Notes under the pieces: generated by a model
The model's database searches: none
What the model was told of the DNA's origin: nothing
The model's input: only the letters and a program-made list of their open reading frames with translations
Translations under genes and position numbers: made by a program
In this document: piece after piece, positions 45,273 through 53,339 of the stretch
How positions within the stretch are numbered: position 1 is the first letter of the stretch
Layout: the number at the start of each line of letters is the position of its first letter
Origin: Acutalibacteraceae bacterium
Lineage (GTDB): Bacteria > Bacillota > Clostridia > Oscillospirales > Acutalibacteraceae
Assembly: GCA_045535505.1 (NCBI GenBank)
Contig: JAZSLU010000032.1
Span: 2,966-66,965 of the forward strand
DNA: 64,000 bases
Direction of reading: 5' to 3'

Positions 45273-46248
45273 AAAAGGAGCCCTTTGGGTATTCTGCGAA
45301 GTTCATGCCAATCAACTTTTGCCGGTTGGTTTGCAGTTGCTTGGTCGTGCTAAAACTTTAGCTCAAGAAAGCAACCGTCCTCTTTATGCAGTTGTTTTAG
45401 GACAAATTTCAAAAGAAAACGTAAATCTTTTATATGCAAGTGGTGCACATGAGGTTATATGCAGTGTCGGTCCGGCGTTGGATGAAAAACTTGAGCAACC
45501 CTATGCTAACAGTTTGATTGAATTGGCTCAAAAATTCGAACCTGAAATCCTCTTAGTCGGCGCAACACCTTTTGGCCGTGCTTTTGCACCCAGAGTTGCG
45601 GCTGCGTTAGGTACCGGTCTTACAGCCGACTGCACTGAATTAAGTATTGATGAGGAAAGCGGCTTATTGTTGCAAACACGTCCTGCTTTTGGTGGCAATA
45701 TGATGGCTACAATTCGTACAGCAACCTGCCGTCCTCAGATGGCAACCGTTCGCCCGGGCGTTTTGCCCCTTCCTGAACCTATGGAGGTTGAGCAACGTGA
45801 ACCTGTAACTATTAAGTATGATGGACAGGCAAGCTTGGTTAAGCTTTTAAAGGAAACCGCTATTGACCGAGGCGAAGACATCAGCCAAAGCAAAATTATT
45901 GTTGCTGCCGGTCGTGGTATTGGTCAAAAGAAAAATTTAAAGCTTGTAAAGGCACTTGCAGATAAACTTGGTGGTCAAGTTGGTGCTTCTCGTCCTTTGG
46001 TTGATATGGGCTTTTGTTCATACAGCAGTCAAATTGGTCAAACCGGATATAGCGTTGCTCCCGATTTGCTAATTTGCTGTGGTATTTCTGGTGCGGTACA
46101 GCATTTAGCAGGTATTGGCGGTGCAAAAAACGTTATTGCTATCAATACCGACCCCAAAGCCCCCATCTTTGCAGTGGCAGATTATAAAATTGTTGGCGAT
46201 TGCGTAACCGTTTTAGAAAATCTGCTTAAAGCATTGGATGAAGAATGA
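45259..46248 (+). CDS. etfA: Electron transfer flavoprotein alpha subunit (no N-terminal ferredoxin domain)
   Basis: 329 aa from ATG 45259, with AAGGAGG 6 nt upstream. FAD-binding C-terminal motifs GASRPLVD, QIGQTG, LLICCGISGAVQH and INTDP. Confidence 0.9.
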   Translation: MEQIKKGALWVFCEVHANQLLPVGLQLLGRAKTLAQESNRPLYAVVLGQISKENVNLLYASGAHEVICSVGPALDEKLEQPYANSLIELAQKFEPEILLVGATPFGRAFAPRVAAALGTGLTADCTELSIDEESGLLLQTRPAFGGNMMATIRTATCRPQMATVRPGVLPLPEPMEVEQREPVTIKYDGQASLVKLLKETAIDRGEDISQSKIIVAAGRGIGQKKNLKLVKALADKLGGQVGASRPLVDMGFCSYSSQIGQTGYSVAPDLLICCGISGAVQHLAGIGGAKNVIAINTDPKAPIFAVADYKIVGDCVTVLENLLKALDEE

Positions 46249-46257
46249 TATTTATAA

Positions 46258-46293
46258 CAAAAAAAGATGTGTGGAATTCCACACATCTTTTTT
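46258..46293. terminator. Bidirectional rho-independent terminator
   Basis: AGATGTGTGG-aatt-CCACACATCT with flanking A-run and T-run. Confidence 0.8.
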
Positions 46294-46302
46294 GTTGTAT
46301 AT

Positions 46303-47490
46303 TTAAAGTTTAATAATCTTTTCGGTATATTCTAAACCGCAGGGAAGTGGTGTTGCGGTTGAAAGAGCAAAGATGTCGGTAGCGCGGCATTCGCAATCAA
46401 AAACAGACTGTGCAAATGCATCAAGTCCTGCAATTTCTTTTGAACGGCAAACAATTGGTGCGGTTGCTGTTTTTGATGCCGATTTTAAAAGTTGCTCACC
46501 CTTTTTATTAAAGCCCAAAACCTTAATATAAGGCGGCTCTTTACCAAAATAACTGTTATCAATTTGTAAAAAAGCCGACAACACTAAACGACGAATTCTT
46601 GCCATAGTGTAACGCTTTGTTTTAACAAGTTTATATAACTCTTCGAGTGATGCAGCCGATTTTACAAAAGAAATTAATCTGTTTTCTATGCCCTCGCTTA
46701 GATCGGGTAGATTAGCAAATTCACGTTTATTGGCCAAACGCAAATTTGCAATGATGGCAGTTTGAATGTTATCAATATCAGCGACGCGACCCTCTTTATA
46801 TTCATTGTATAAAACCCCGTAAGACTGTTCATCCATATAATCGAGAGCTCCGTCAAGGTTGCCTTGCTTTATAAAACTACGTATAAGTTCGGCACTTGCG
46901 GTTTCGTCGGTGGGGGATAATGAATTGTGGTCGGCACCTAAACGTTTAAATGTGACAAAATCTGGCGAGAAATCCAAACGGTCAGCGGCGCCTATATATT
47001 CAGCCGCAAGTGTGTTATTGGGTTTTGATAAAACATTTGCTTTATCAAACAATATAGACCAAAGAGCTTCCTGACGAGCGGCAGCAAAGGTTTTGCCAGA
47101 ATTTAGCTGTGCTTCTAAACTTGATTTAAATCCTTGACTATTGAGGGCATTTGCCGCAATTTTAAGTTGCTCAATATCGCCGCACTCGCTGCCAAAAGCG
47201 ATTGCATCAATACAACCCAAATTTTTAAGCAATGAAACGCCGCCAAGGGCAAAGTTTTGTGCTGTTGTCATCGACCAAGCAACAGGCAATTCTATAACCA
47301 AGTCAGCACCGCTGTAAAGCGCCATTTTTGCACGGGCTTGTTTGCTTATGATAGAAACATCACCGCGTTGAACAAAGTTGCCGCTTAAAACACAAACAAC
47401 ACAGTCATAGTCATCAGCGACACGGTCAATTAGATATTTATGACCCAAATGGAATGGGTTAAATTCAGCAATAATGCCAACAGCGTTCAA
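46303..47490 (-). CDS. tmcAL: tRNA(Met) cytidine acetate ligase TmcAL (YlbM/UPF0348 nucleotidyltransferase)
   Basis: N-terminus (M)NAVGIIAEFNPFHLGHKYLI with the HxGH nucleotidyltransferase motif at the extreme N-terminus. TTG start at 47490 with AGGTGAG 6 nt upstream. The ORF-track extension to 47583 is rejected. Confidence 0.75.
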   Translation of the reverse strand: MNAVGIIAEFNPFHLGHKYLIDRVADDYDCVVCVLSGNFVQRGDVSIISKQARAKMALYSGADLVIELPVAWSMTTAQNFALGGVSLLKNLGCIDAIAFGSECGDIEQLKIAANALNSQGFKSSLEAQLNSGKTFAAARQEALWSILFDKANVLSKPNNTLAAEYIGAADRLDFSPDFVTFKRLGADHNSLSPTDETASAELIRSFIKQGNLDGALDYMDEQSYGVLYNEYKEGRVADIDNIQTAIIANLRLANKREFANLPDLSEGIENRLISFVKSAASLEELYKLVKTKRYTMARIRRLVLSAFLQIDNSYFGKEPPYIKVLGFNKKGEQLLKSASKTATAPIVCRSKEIAGLDAFAQSVFDCECRATDIFALSTATPLPCGLEYTEKIIKL

Positions 47491-47517
47491 TTTATACTCA
47501 CCTACACAATAAAACTC

Positions 47518-47546
47518 TTGAAAAATGCTGTAATATGATGTATTAT
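47518..47546 (+). promoter_or_regulatory. Candidate sigma-A promoter of ackA
   Basis: TTGAAA (47518-47523), 17-nt spacer, TATTAT (47541-47546). Confidence 0.4.
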
Positions 47547-47629
47547 ATAACAATCGGTAAGTATATATTATTATATTTCCCATAAATATACAAGTAAAAA
47601 ATTAAAATAAAATTGAATGGAGAAAAGAA

Positions 47630-48829
47630 ATGAAAATTTTGGTTGTTAACGCAGGTAGCTCTTCTTTAAAATATCAGTTGATTGATATGCAATCAGAAGA
47701 GGTTATGGGTAAAGGTATTTGTGAACGCGTAGGTACAGACGATGCTGTTATCACTCATAAAACCGCAGACGGTAAAAAAATTGTTAACGAGACAGCTATG
47801 CCCACACACAAAGAGGCTTTTGATGCAGTTGTTGCTGCATTAACAAGCGGTGAAGGCAAAGTTATTGATTCTCTTGAAGAAATTTCTGCTGTTGGACATC
47901 GTGTTGTTCAAGGCGGCGCTATATTCAATGAATCAGTTCTTATTGACAAAAAGGTTGTTGAGCAGATTGATGAGCTTTCAGCACTTGCACCTTTGCACAA
48001 TCCCGCACACGTTATGGGTATTAACGCTTGTACACAGGCTCTTGGCGAAAACGTTCCTCAAGTTGCAGTTTTCGATACTGCTTTCCATCAGACAATGCCT
48101 GCCGCATCATATATTTTCCCCATTCCTTACGAATATTATGAAAAATATGCTATTCGTCGTTACGGTGCACACGGCACATCACACCGCTATGTAAGCGATC
48201 GCTGCGCTGAAATTATGGGTAAAGACAAAAAGGATGTTAATATCATTACCTGCCACCTTGGTAACGGCTGTTCAATTACTGCTGTTAAAAACGGCGTTTG
48301 CTTTGATACCAGCATGGGTCTTACTCCTCTTGGCGGCTTTATGATGGGTACACGCTCCGGCTCACTTGACCCCTCGGTTGTTCTTGATATTATGGAAAAA
48401 GAAAATCTTACTCCTGCCGAGATGAACAACATTCTCAACAAAAAATCCGGTCTTTTGGGTGTTTCAGGTCTTTCTAACGACAACCGTGACATCGTTGCCG
48501 CAATGGAAGAAGGCCACGAGAGAGCAACATTGGCCCTTGAAATTCAAAACTACAGCATGACCAAGTTCATTGGTGCTTATGCAGCAGGTATGGGTGGTGT
48601 TGATGCTATCGTATTTACGGGTGGTATTGGTGAAAACGAGGCTATCGTTCGTGAATATATCTGCAAAAAGCTTGAGTTCCTTGGTTTTGAACTTGACGAG
48701 AAAAACAATGCTACTCGCTCAGAAGAAATTGAAATTTCTAAAGCAGGTGCAAAGGTTAGAGTATTTGTTATTCCCACAAACGAAGAACTTGTTATTGCAC
48801 GTGATACAAAGGCTTTGATTTCTAAATAA
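47630..48829 (+). CDS. ackA: Acetate kinase
   Basis: 399 aa. MKILVVNAGSSSLKYQL plus HRVVQGG and the GHRYV-like pattern typical of AckA. GGAGAAAAG lies upstream. Confidence 0.95.
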   Translation: MKILVVNAGSSSLKYQLIDMQSEEVMGKGICERVGTDDAVITHKTADGKKIVNETAMPTHKEAFDAVVAALTSGEGKVIDSLEEISAVGHRVVQGGAIFNESVLIDKKVVEQIDELSALAPLHNPAHVMGINACTQALGENVPQVAVFDTAFHQTMPAASYIFPIPYEYYEKYAIRRYGAHGTSHRYVSDRCAEIMGKDKKDVNIITCHLGNGCSITAVKNGVCFDTSMGLTPLGGFMMGTRSGSLDPSVVLDIMEKENLTPAEMNNILNKKSGLLGVSGLSNDNRDIVAAMEEGHERATLALEIQNYSMTKFIGAYAAGMGGVDAIVFTGGIGENEAIVREYICKKLEFLGFELDEKNNATRSEEIEISKAGAKVRVFVIPTNEELVIARDTKALISK

Positions 48830-48859
48830 GAAGCTTTTTAACAAAATTATAATATTGAT

Positions 48860-48895
48860 AACCGTATTGTTTTTATACAATGCGGTTATTTTTTA
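48860..48895 (+). terminator. Rho-independent terminator after ackA
   Basis: AACCGTATTGT / ACAATGCGGTT stem (one G-U pair) followed by ATTTTTT. Confidence 0.7.
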
Positions 48896-48924
48896 TAATA
48901 TCGTAAATAATACTGAAAAATATG

Positions 48925-48953
48925 TTGTAAAATAGATTGTTTTGCGTTATAAT
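48925..48953 (+). promoter_or_regulatory. Candidate sigma-A promoter for the oadG/oadB-like genes
   Basis: TTGTAA (48925-48930), 17-nt spacer, TATAAT (48948-48953). A second extended -10, TGTATAAT, lies at 48957-48964. Confidence 0.4.
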
Positions 48954-48990
48954 TAATGTATAATGAGGGAGAATTGGTTGGTGAATAATT

Positions 48991-49329
48991 ATGGATATAA
49001 ATTTAGGGATTAACATTGTTTTTTGTGGATTGGCAATCGTTTTTTTAATGCTCTTATTACTTATAGGTGTTATGTACATTTTTGGTTTTTTAAGCAATGC
49101 TACAAAAAAACAAAGTAAGGCAAAACCTATTGTTGAGAATATTAAAATCCAACCGGATGTTAAAAACGATAACGGCGTGGATGAAGAAACTGTTGCCGCC
49201 ATTTCTGCTGCAATTTATTATCTTTACAGCGATAGTAATGTTGCGCCTAAAATTACATTTATTAAACCTGCAAACAGTCGTCCTGCTTGGGCTAAAGCGG
49301 GTATTTCACAAAACACAAAGGCATTTTGA
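48991..49329 (+). CDS. OadG-family small subunit of a Na+-translocating decarboxylase
   Basis: 112 aa. An N-terminal TM helix ([26 protein letters not shown]) is followed by [15 protein letters not shown], the typical OadG/GcdD-like signature. Confidence 0.65.
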   Translation: MDINLGINIVFCGLAIVFLMLLLLIGVMYIFGFLSNATKKQSKAKPIVENIKIQPDVKNDNGVDEETVAAISAAIYYLYSDSNVAPKITFIKPANSRPAWAKAGISQNTKAF

Positions 49330-49352
49330 TTGAAAGGGGATTACAGACTATT

Positions 49353-50540
49353 ATGTTCCAAGAGTTTATTAACACTATTTACGGAATTATTATGGAATCG
49401 GGTATAGTTGCTTTTTTAGCTGACGGCGGTTGGAAAAATATAATTATGATTGCTGTTTCATGTCTGCTTATATATCTTGCTATTGCTAAAAAGTTTGAGC
49501 CTCTTTTGCTTTTACCCATTGCTTTTGGTATGTTGCTAACTAATTTGCCCGGCGCCGAAATGTTTCATCCTCAAATGTGGGACGTTGCAAAAGGAATAAA
49601 CTATTCAGATATTTTGCATCACGGCGGTCTGCTTGATATTTTGTATATTGGTGTTAAAGCGGGAATTTATCCGCCTCTTATTTTCCTTGGTATTGGTTGT
49701 ATGACAGATTTTGGACCGCTTATAAGCAATCCTAAGAGCTTTTTACTTGGTGCTGCGGCACAGCTTGGTATATTTGTTGCTTTTTTTGGCGCATTAGCAC
49801 TTGGCATGACACCTCAGGAAGCCGGCTCTATTGGTATTATTGGCGGTGCTGATGGTCCTACTGCAATATTTGTTACTTCAAAACTTGCCCCTCATCTTTT
49901 AGGACCTATTGCGGTTGCCGCTTATTCATATATGGCTTTGATACCTTTCATTCAAAAGCCGCTTATGAAACTGCTTACTACAAAAAAAGAGCGCAGAGTC
50001 AGAATGGAACAGCTGCGCCAGGTTTCAAAAACAGAGAAGATTTTATTCCCCATAGTTGTAACTATTGTTGTGGCGTTGCTGTTGCCCTCTGCTGCACCCT
50101 TGGTTGGTATGCTGATGCTTGGCAACCTAATGCGTGAGTGCGGTGTTGTTGAGCGTATTGCAAAAACTGCTCAAAACGAGCTTATGAACATTATTACTAT
50201 ATTTTTAGGTCTTACGGTTGGCGCTACTGCAAACGCCTCCACATTCTTAAAATGGGAAACCGTTAAAATTATAGGCATGGGTCTTGTTGCATTTGCGCTT
50301 GGTACAATAGGTGGTTTGCTTTTGGGTAAATTGATGTATATATTAACAAAAGGCAAGGTAAACCCGCTTATTGGTTCGGCTGGTGTTTCTGCTGTGCCTA
50401 TGGCTGCACGTGTGTCACAGATGGTTGGTCAGGAAGAAGATTCAGGAAACTTCCTTTTAATGCATGCTATGGGCCCTAACGTTTCAGGTGTTATTGGCTC
50501 GGCTGTGGCAGCAGGTGTATTAATTAATATGTTGGGATAG
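49353..50540 (+). CDS. Na+-translocating decarboxylase beta subunit (OadB/MmdB/GcdB family)
   Basis: About 395 aa polytopic protein. The motifs [14 protein letters not shown] and [14 protein letters not shown] are characteristic of the family. The frame is open from TTG 49326. Confidence 0.9.
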   Translation: MFQEFINTIYGIIMESGIVAFLADGGWKNIIMIAVSCLLIYLAIAKKFEPLLLLPIAFGMLLTNLPGAEMFHPQMWDVAKGINYSDILHHGGLLDILYIGVKAGIYPPLIFLGIGCMTDFGPLISNPKSFLLGAAAQLGIFVAFFGALALGMTPQEAGSIGIIGGADGPTAIFVTSKLAPHLLGPIAVAAYSYMALIPFIQKPLMKLLTTKKERRVRMEQLRQVSKTEKILFPIVVTIVVALLLPSAAPLVGMLMLGNLMRECGVVERIAKTAQNELMNIITIFLGLTVGATANASTFLKWETVKIIGMGLVAFALGTIGGLLLGKLMYILTKGKVNPLIGSAGVSAVPMAARVSQMVGQEEDSGNFLLMHAMGPNVSGVIGSAVAAGVLINMLG

Positions 50541-50556
50541 TTAATTTGTAAAAATT

Positions 50557-50589
50557 AAAAGCCGTTGAAGATAATCTTCAACGGCTTTT
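50557..50589. terminator. Bidirectional rho-independent terminator
   Basis: GCCGTTGAAG-ataat-CTTCAACGGC with flanking AAAA and TTTT. Confidence 0.8.
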
Positions 50590-50603
50590 GTGTTAGTTTT
50601 ACG

Positions 50604-53177
50604 TTATTTTTTAAAATATAAATATAGATTAATTGCTTCTGAAATAAATGTTGGAATTAAAGCAAAGAGAATGGCTAATAAAAACTGTGAAAAAGAGATA
50701 TTAACAAATCCAAAAAGTGAACTGAAAGCAGTACATATAGTTAATAAAGTTATAACGAGTGCTGCAAAAATAATAGATTTTGTTTCTTTGTAGTTTGCAA
50801 ATATTATTGAGCCTTTTGTTCGTGTACTTAACATAAGAAGGATATAGGCTATGCTTATTGTGACAAATGCAGTTGTTGCATTGCCAACTGCATTTGATAT
50901 TAATGCTGTTGCGGCAATGGCAACGCTTTGCCATGTAATGTTAATTATAAAATTTCTGTCAAATAATGAATACTCGTCATTTTTGGCGCCACTTTGCAAA
51001 ATTTTGTTGCAAGGATTATCGTTACTTAAGGCAAGGGTTGGTGCAATGTTACACACGACAAATAGCCATAAAAGTTGTAATGCTGTAAAGGGCACGGTAG
51101 TAAAAAATGCGGTACCCAAAAGACAAAATATAAGTTTTGATGCGCTACAGGTGAGAATATATCTAACAGCGTTACGCAAATTTCTAAAAATTGCGCGAAC
51201 CTGTTTTGAACTTTCGGTAATGGTTGAAAAACTGTCATCGGTTAATATGACGTCTGCCGCACCTTTAGCAACATTATTACCGTTAATGCCTTTTGCAAAA
51301 GATATATCAGCATTTATCATAACGTGAGTGTCGGTTGATGCGTCGCCTGTAACGGCAACAGTTTTACCTAATGCTTTATATGCCGAAACAATTTTTAATT
51401 TATCGATTGGGGTAACTTGGGCAAAAACAGAAATATTTTCAATATGTTTTGAAAGGTCCTCTTCGGTTAATTTGTTGAGTTGTTCGGCTGTTATGGCGAT
51501 TGAACCGTCGCCAAGAATGCCTAATTTTTTTGCAATGGCAGATGCGGTGCTTATGTTGTCTCCGGTTATCATGACGGTTTTTATCCCGCAATTTTTACAA
51601 AGTTCGATTGATTGCTTAGCATCACTGCGTAGTTTATCGCTAAGACCTAACAAGCCAACAAAGGTGAGATTGTTTTCAAGTTCCTCGCTTGTGGGGTTTG
51701 AAGGAGCATCAGCAAGAGGCTTGATAGCAACCGCAATAACCCTTAAAGCATCTGACGACATTTGCTGTACTGCATCTTTAACAGCTTCTACAGAGCAGTT
51801 GATGCAAAGGGGAATAAGTGATTCGGGAGCGCCTTTAACAACTGCATAGTTTGTGCCGTCAATCATATTAACTGTTGTCATTAGCTTACGAGAAGAATCA
51901 AAAGGAATTTCTGCAACACGCGGATAAAGCGCTTCAAGGTCAGATTTAGGTAATTTTAAAAACTGTTCGCAGGCTTCTGTGATGGCTGTTTGAGTGGGGT
52001 CTGCAACTTCACCGTTAATTTCGCTGCACAAAGAAGCAAGGCGCAGCGTATTTGCGGTTTGCTTGTCAATGCTTGAAGATGGGTTATTAATGGTTACAAT
52101 TTCTTCGCCATTGAAAGCGGCAGTTACCGTCATTAAGTTTGTTGTGAAAATGCCGGTTTTATCAGAACAAATTACCTCAATGTTACTTAACGTTTTAAGG
52201 CATTGTGTATTTTTTAAAATGGCGTTTTTCTTTAACATACGATGTAAACTGAACGAAATTGAAATTGCTGCCAGTGACAAAAGGCAATCTGGTATAACCG
52301 TTGCTGCAATGGCAGAAACCTCAACAAGTCTTTGTGTTATGAGTGAAGTAAACGTAATGTCAGGCGAGTGCATTTTCAGCAATATACTCAATATGTAGAT
52401 GACAGAGCAAACACAAAATGTAAATGCTTCAAATTTTTTATAAAAATTAAAAATCTTTTCTTTTATAGGGTCTATACTGTTGTTCTTGTCGGTTAATGTT
52501 TTGCGTTTAGCCAACTCTGTATAGTTGCCGGTTTCGGTAACGATTGCAAAGCCTTGTCCGCTCGTGATATGGCAACCGGCGTACAGCATATTAATTCGCT
52601 GCTCAAGCGGCGCAATTTCGGGCACAAGCAAATTGGCATCTTTTTGAATGTCAATTGTGTCACCGCGCAGAACAGATTCGTCACAATGAAGATTAACTGA
52701 TTCAATAAGACGGGCATCCGCGGCAATATAATCACCAGTTGAAAGAACAAGAATATCGCCGACAACGAGATTACTTGATAAAATCTGTTCTACTGCTCCA
52801 TTTCGGAAAACTTTGCAGACAGGACAACTGATTTTGTTGATTTTGTTAACAGCATTTTCGGAGTGGTAGATGATATATGTATCAACTAATACTCTGATAG
52901 CACTAAGTAAAATTATAAAAATCGGTTCTGCAATTGAGAAGCCACGTACATTTGCGTTAACGACTGTGTAAATGACGGTTGCGGCAATCAACAACAAAAG
53001 GGGAAAGTTTTTAATTTGTTGGGTAAGTATATTCAAAAAACTATGTCGCTCAACGGTTACAATATTTTCACCGTCTTGTTCAAGACGTGTCTTTACGTGT
53101 TCGCCATTAAGACCGGTTTTTATGTTAGTACCAATGTAGTTTATAATTTGTTCACGGTCGGTGCTGTGCCAAATCAT
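50604..53177 (-). CDS. P-type ATPase, P2A (Ca2+-ATPase-like) architecture with divergent core motifs
   Basis: 857 aa. Has the cation-ATPase N-domain, CSDKTGIFT (phospho-Asp present), KGAPE and MITGDN. Non-canonical versions of other motifs are RGDT for TGES, IPDCLL for IPEGLP, DKLR for DPPR, GDASTD for GDGVND and WLFVVCN for W(I/V)NLVTD. Confidence 0.85.
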   Translation of the reverse strand: MIWHSTDREQIINYIGTNIKTGLNGEHVKTRLEQDGENIVTVERHSFLNILTQQIKNFPLLLLIAATVIYTVVNANVRGFSIAEPIFIILLSAIRVLVDTYIIYHSENAVNKINKISCPVCKVFRNGAVEQILSSNLVVGDILVLSTGDYIAADARLIESVNLHCDESVLRGDTIDIQKDANLLVPEIAPLEQRINMLYAGCHITSGQGFAIVTETGNYTELAKRKTLTDKNNSIDPIKEKIFNFYKKFEAFTFCVCSVIYILSILLKMHSPDITFTSLITQRLVEVSAIAATVIPDCLLSLAAISISFSLHRMLKKNAILKNTQCLKTLSNIEVICSDKTGIFTTNLMTVTAAFNGEEIVTINNPSSSIDKQTANTLRLASLCSEINGEVADPTQTAITEACEQFLKLPKSDLEALYPRVAEIPFDSSRKLMTTVNMIDGTNYAVVKGAPESLIPLCINCSVEAVKDAVQQMSSDALRVIAVAIKPLADAPSNPTSEELENNLTFVGLLGLSDKLRSDAKQSIELCKNCGIKTVMITGDNISTASAIAKKLGILGDGSIAITAEQLNKLTEEDLSKHIENISVFAQVTPIDKLKIVSAYKALGKTVAVTGDASTDTHVMINADISFAKGINGNNVAKGAADVILTDDSFSTITESSKQVRAIFRNLRNAVRYILTCSASKLIFCLLGTAFFTTVPFTALQLLWLFVVCNIAPTLALSNDNPCNKILQSGAKNDEYSLFDRNFIINITWQSVAIAATALISNAVGNATTAFVTISIAYILLMLSTRTKGSIIFANYKETKSIIFAALVITLLTICTAFSSLFGFVNISFSQFLLAILFALIPTFISEAINLYLYFKK

Positions 53178-53267
53178 ACGACCCCTCCAAAAGCATATTA
53201 TTTTATAATTTTACTACTAAACTGCATTTAAGTCAAACACGTTTTTGTAAATTTAATAAATAATTAA

Positions 53268-53296
53268 TTTACAAAACAGCAGTTTGCGTATATAAT
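53268..53296 (+). promoter_or_regulatory. Candidate sigma-A promoter of prfB
   Basis: TTTACA (53268-53273), 17-nt spacer, TATAAT (53291-53296). Confidence 0.45.
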
Positions 53297-53339
53297 ATGT
53301 AAAAACACATTTTTCTGAAATTTTTAAGGAGTGTTAATT

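Noticed and set aside
35181-46248. Possibility that the 11-gene operon is a horizontally acquired island.
   Set aside because: Spot counts of base composition by eye are not clearly different from neighbouring housekeeping genes. No flanking tRNA, integrase or direct repeats are visible. This cannot be judged without computed GC/codon statistics and comparative genomics, so no claim is made.
46303-47490. I considered whether this HxGH nucleotidyltransferase, adjacent to the citDEF-like operon, is the missing citrate lyase ligase CitC.
   Set aside because: The NPFHLGH motif sits at the extreme N-terminus, and the protein is about 395 aa with the YlbM/TmcAL layout. CitC carries an extra N-terminal domain before its NTase motif. 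The gene is also convergent to the operon and separated from it by a terminator. TmcAL is the better call, but a profile search should confirm it.
53318-53333. Identical 16-mer AAATTTTTAAGGAGTG upstream of both prfB (53318-53333) and rpoB (54708-54723), considered as a mobile or regulatory repeat.
   Set aside because: It is short, AT-rich plus a consensus SD, and the flanks do not extend the identity. It is most likely coincidence or shared strong translation-initiation context. It is mentioned only as a detail in the rpoB leader finding.
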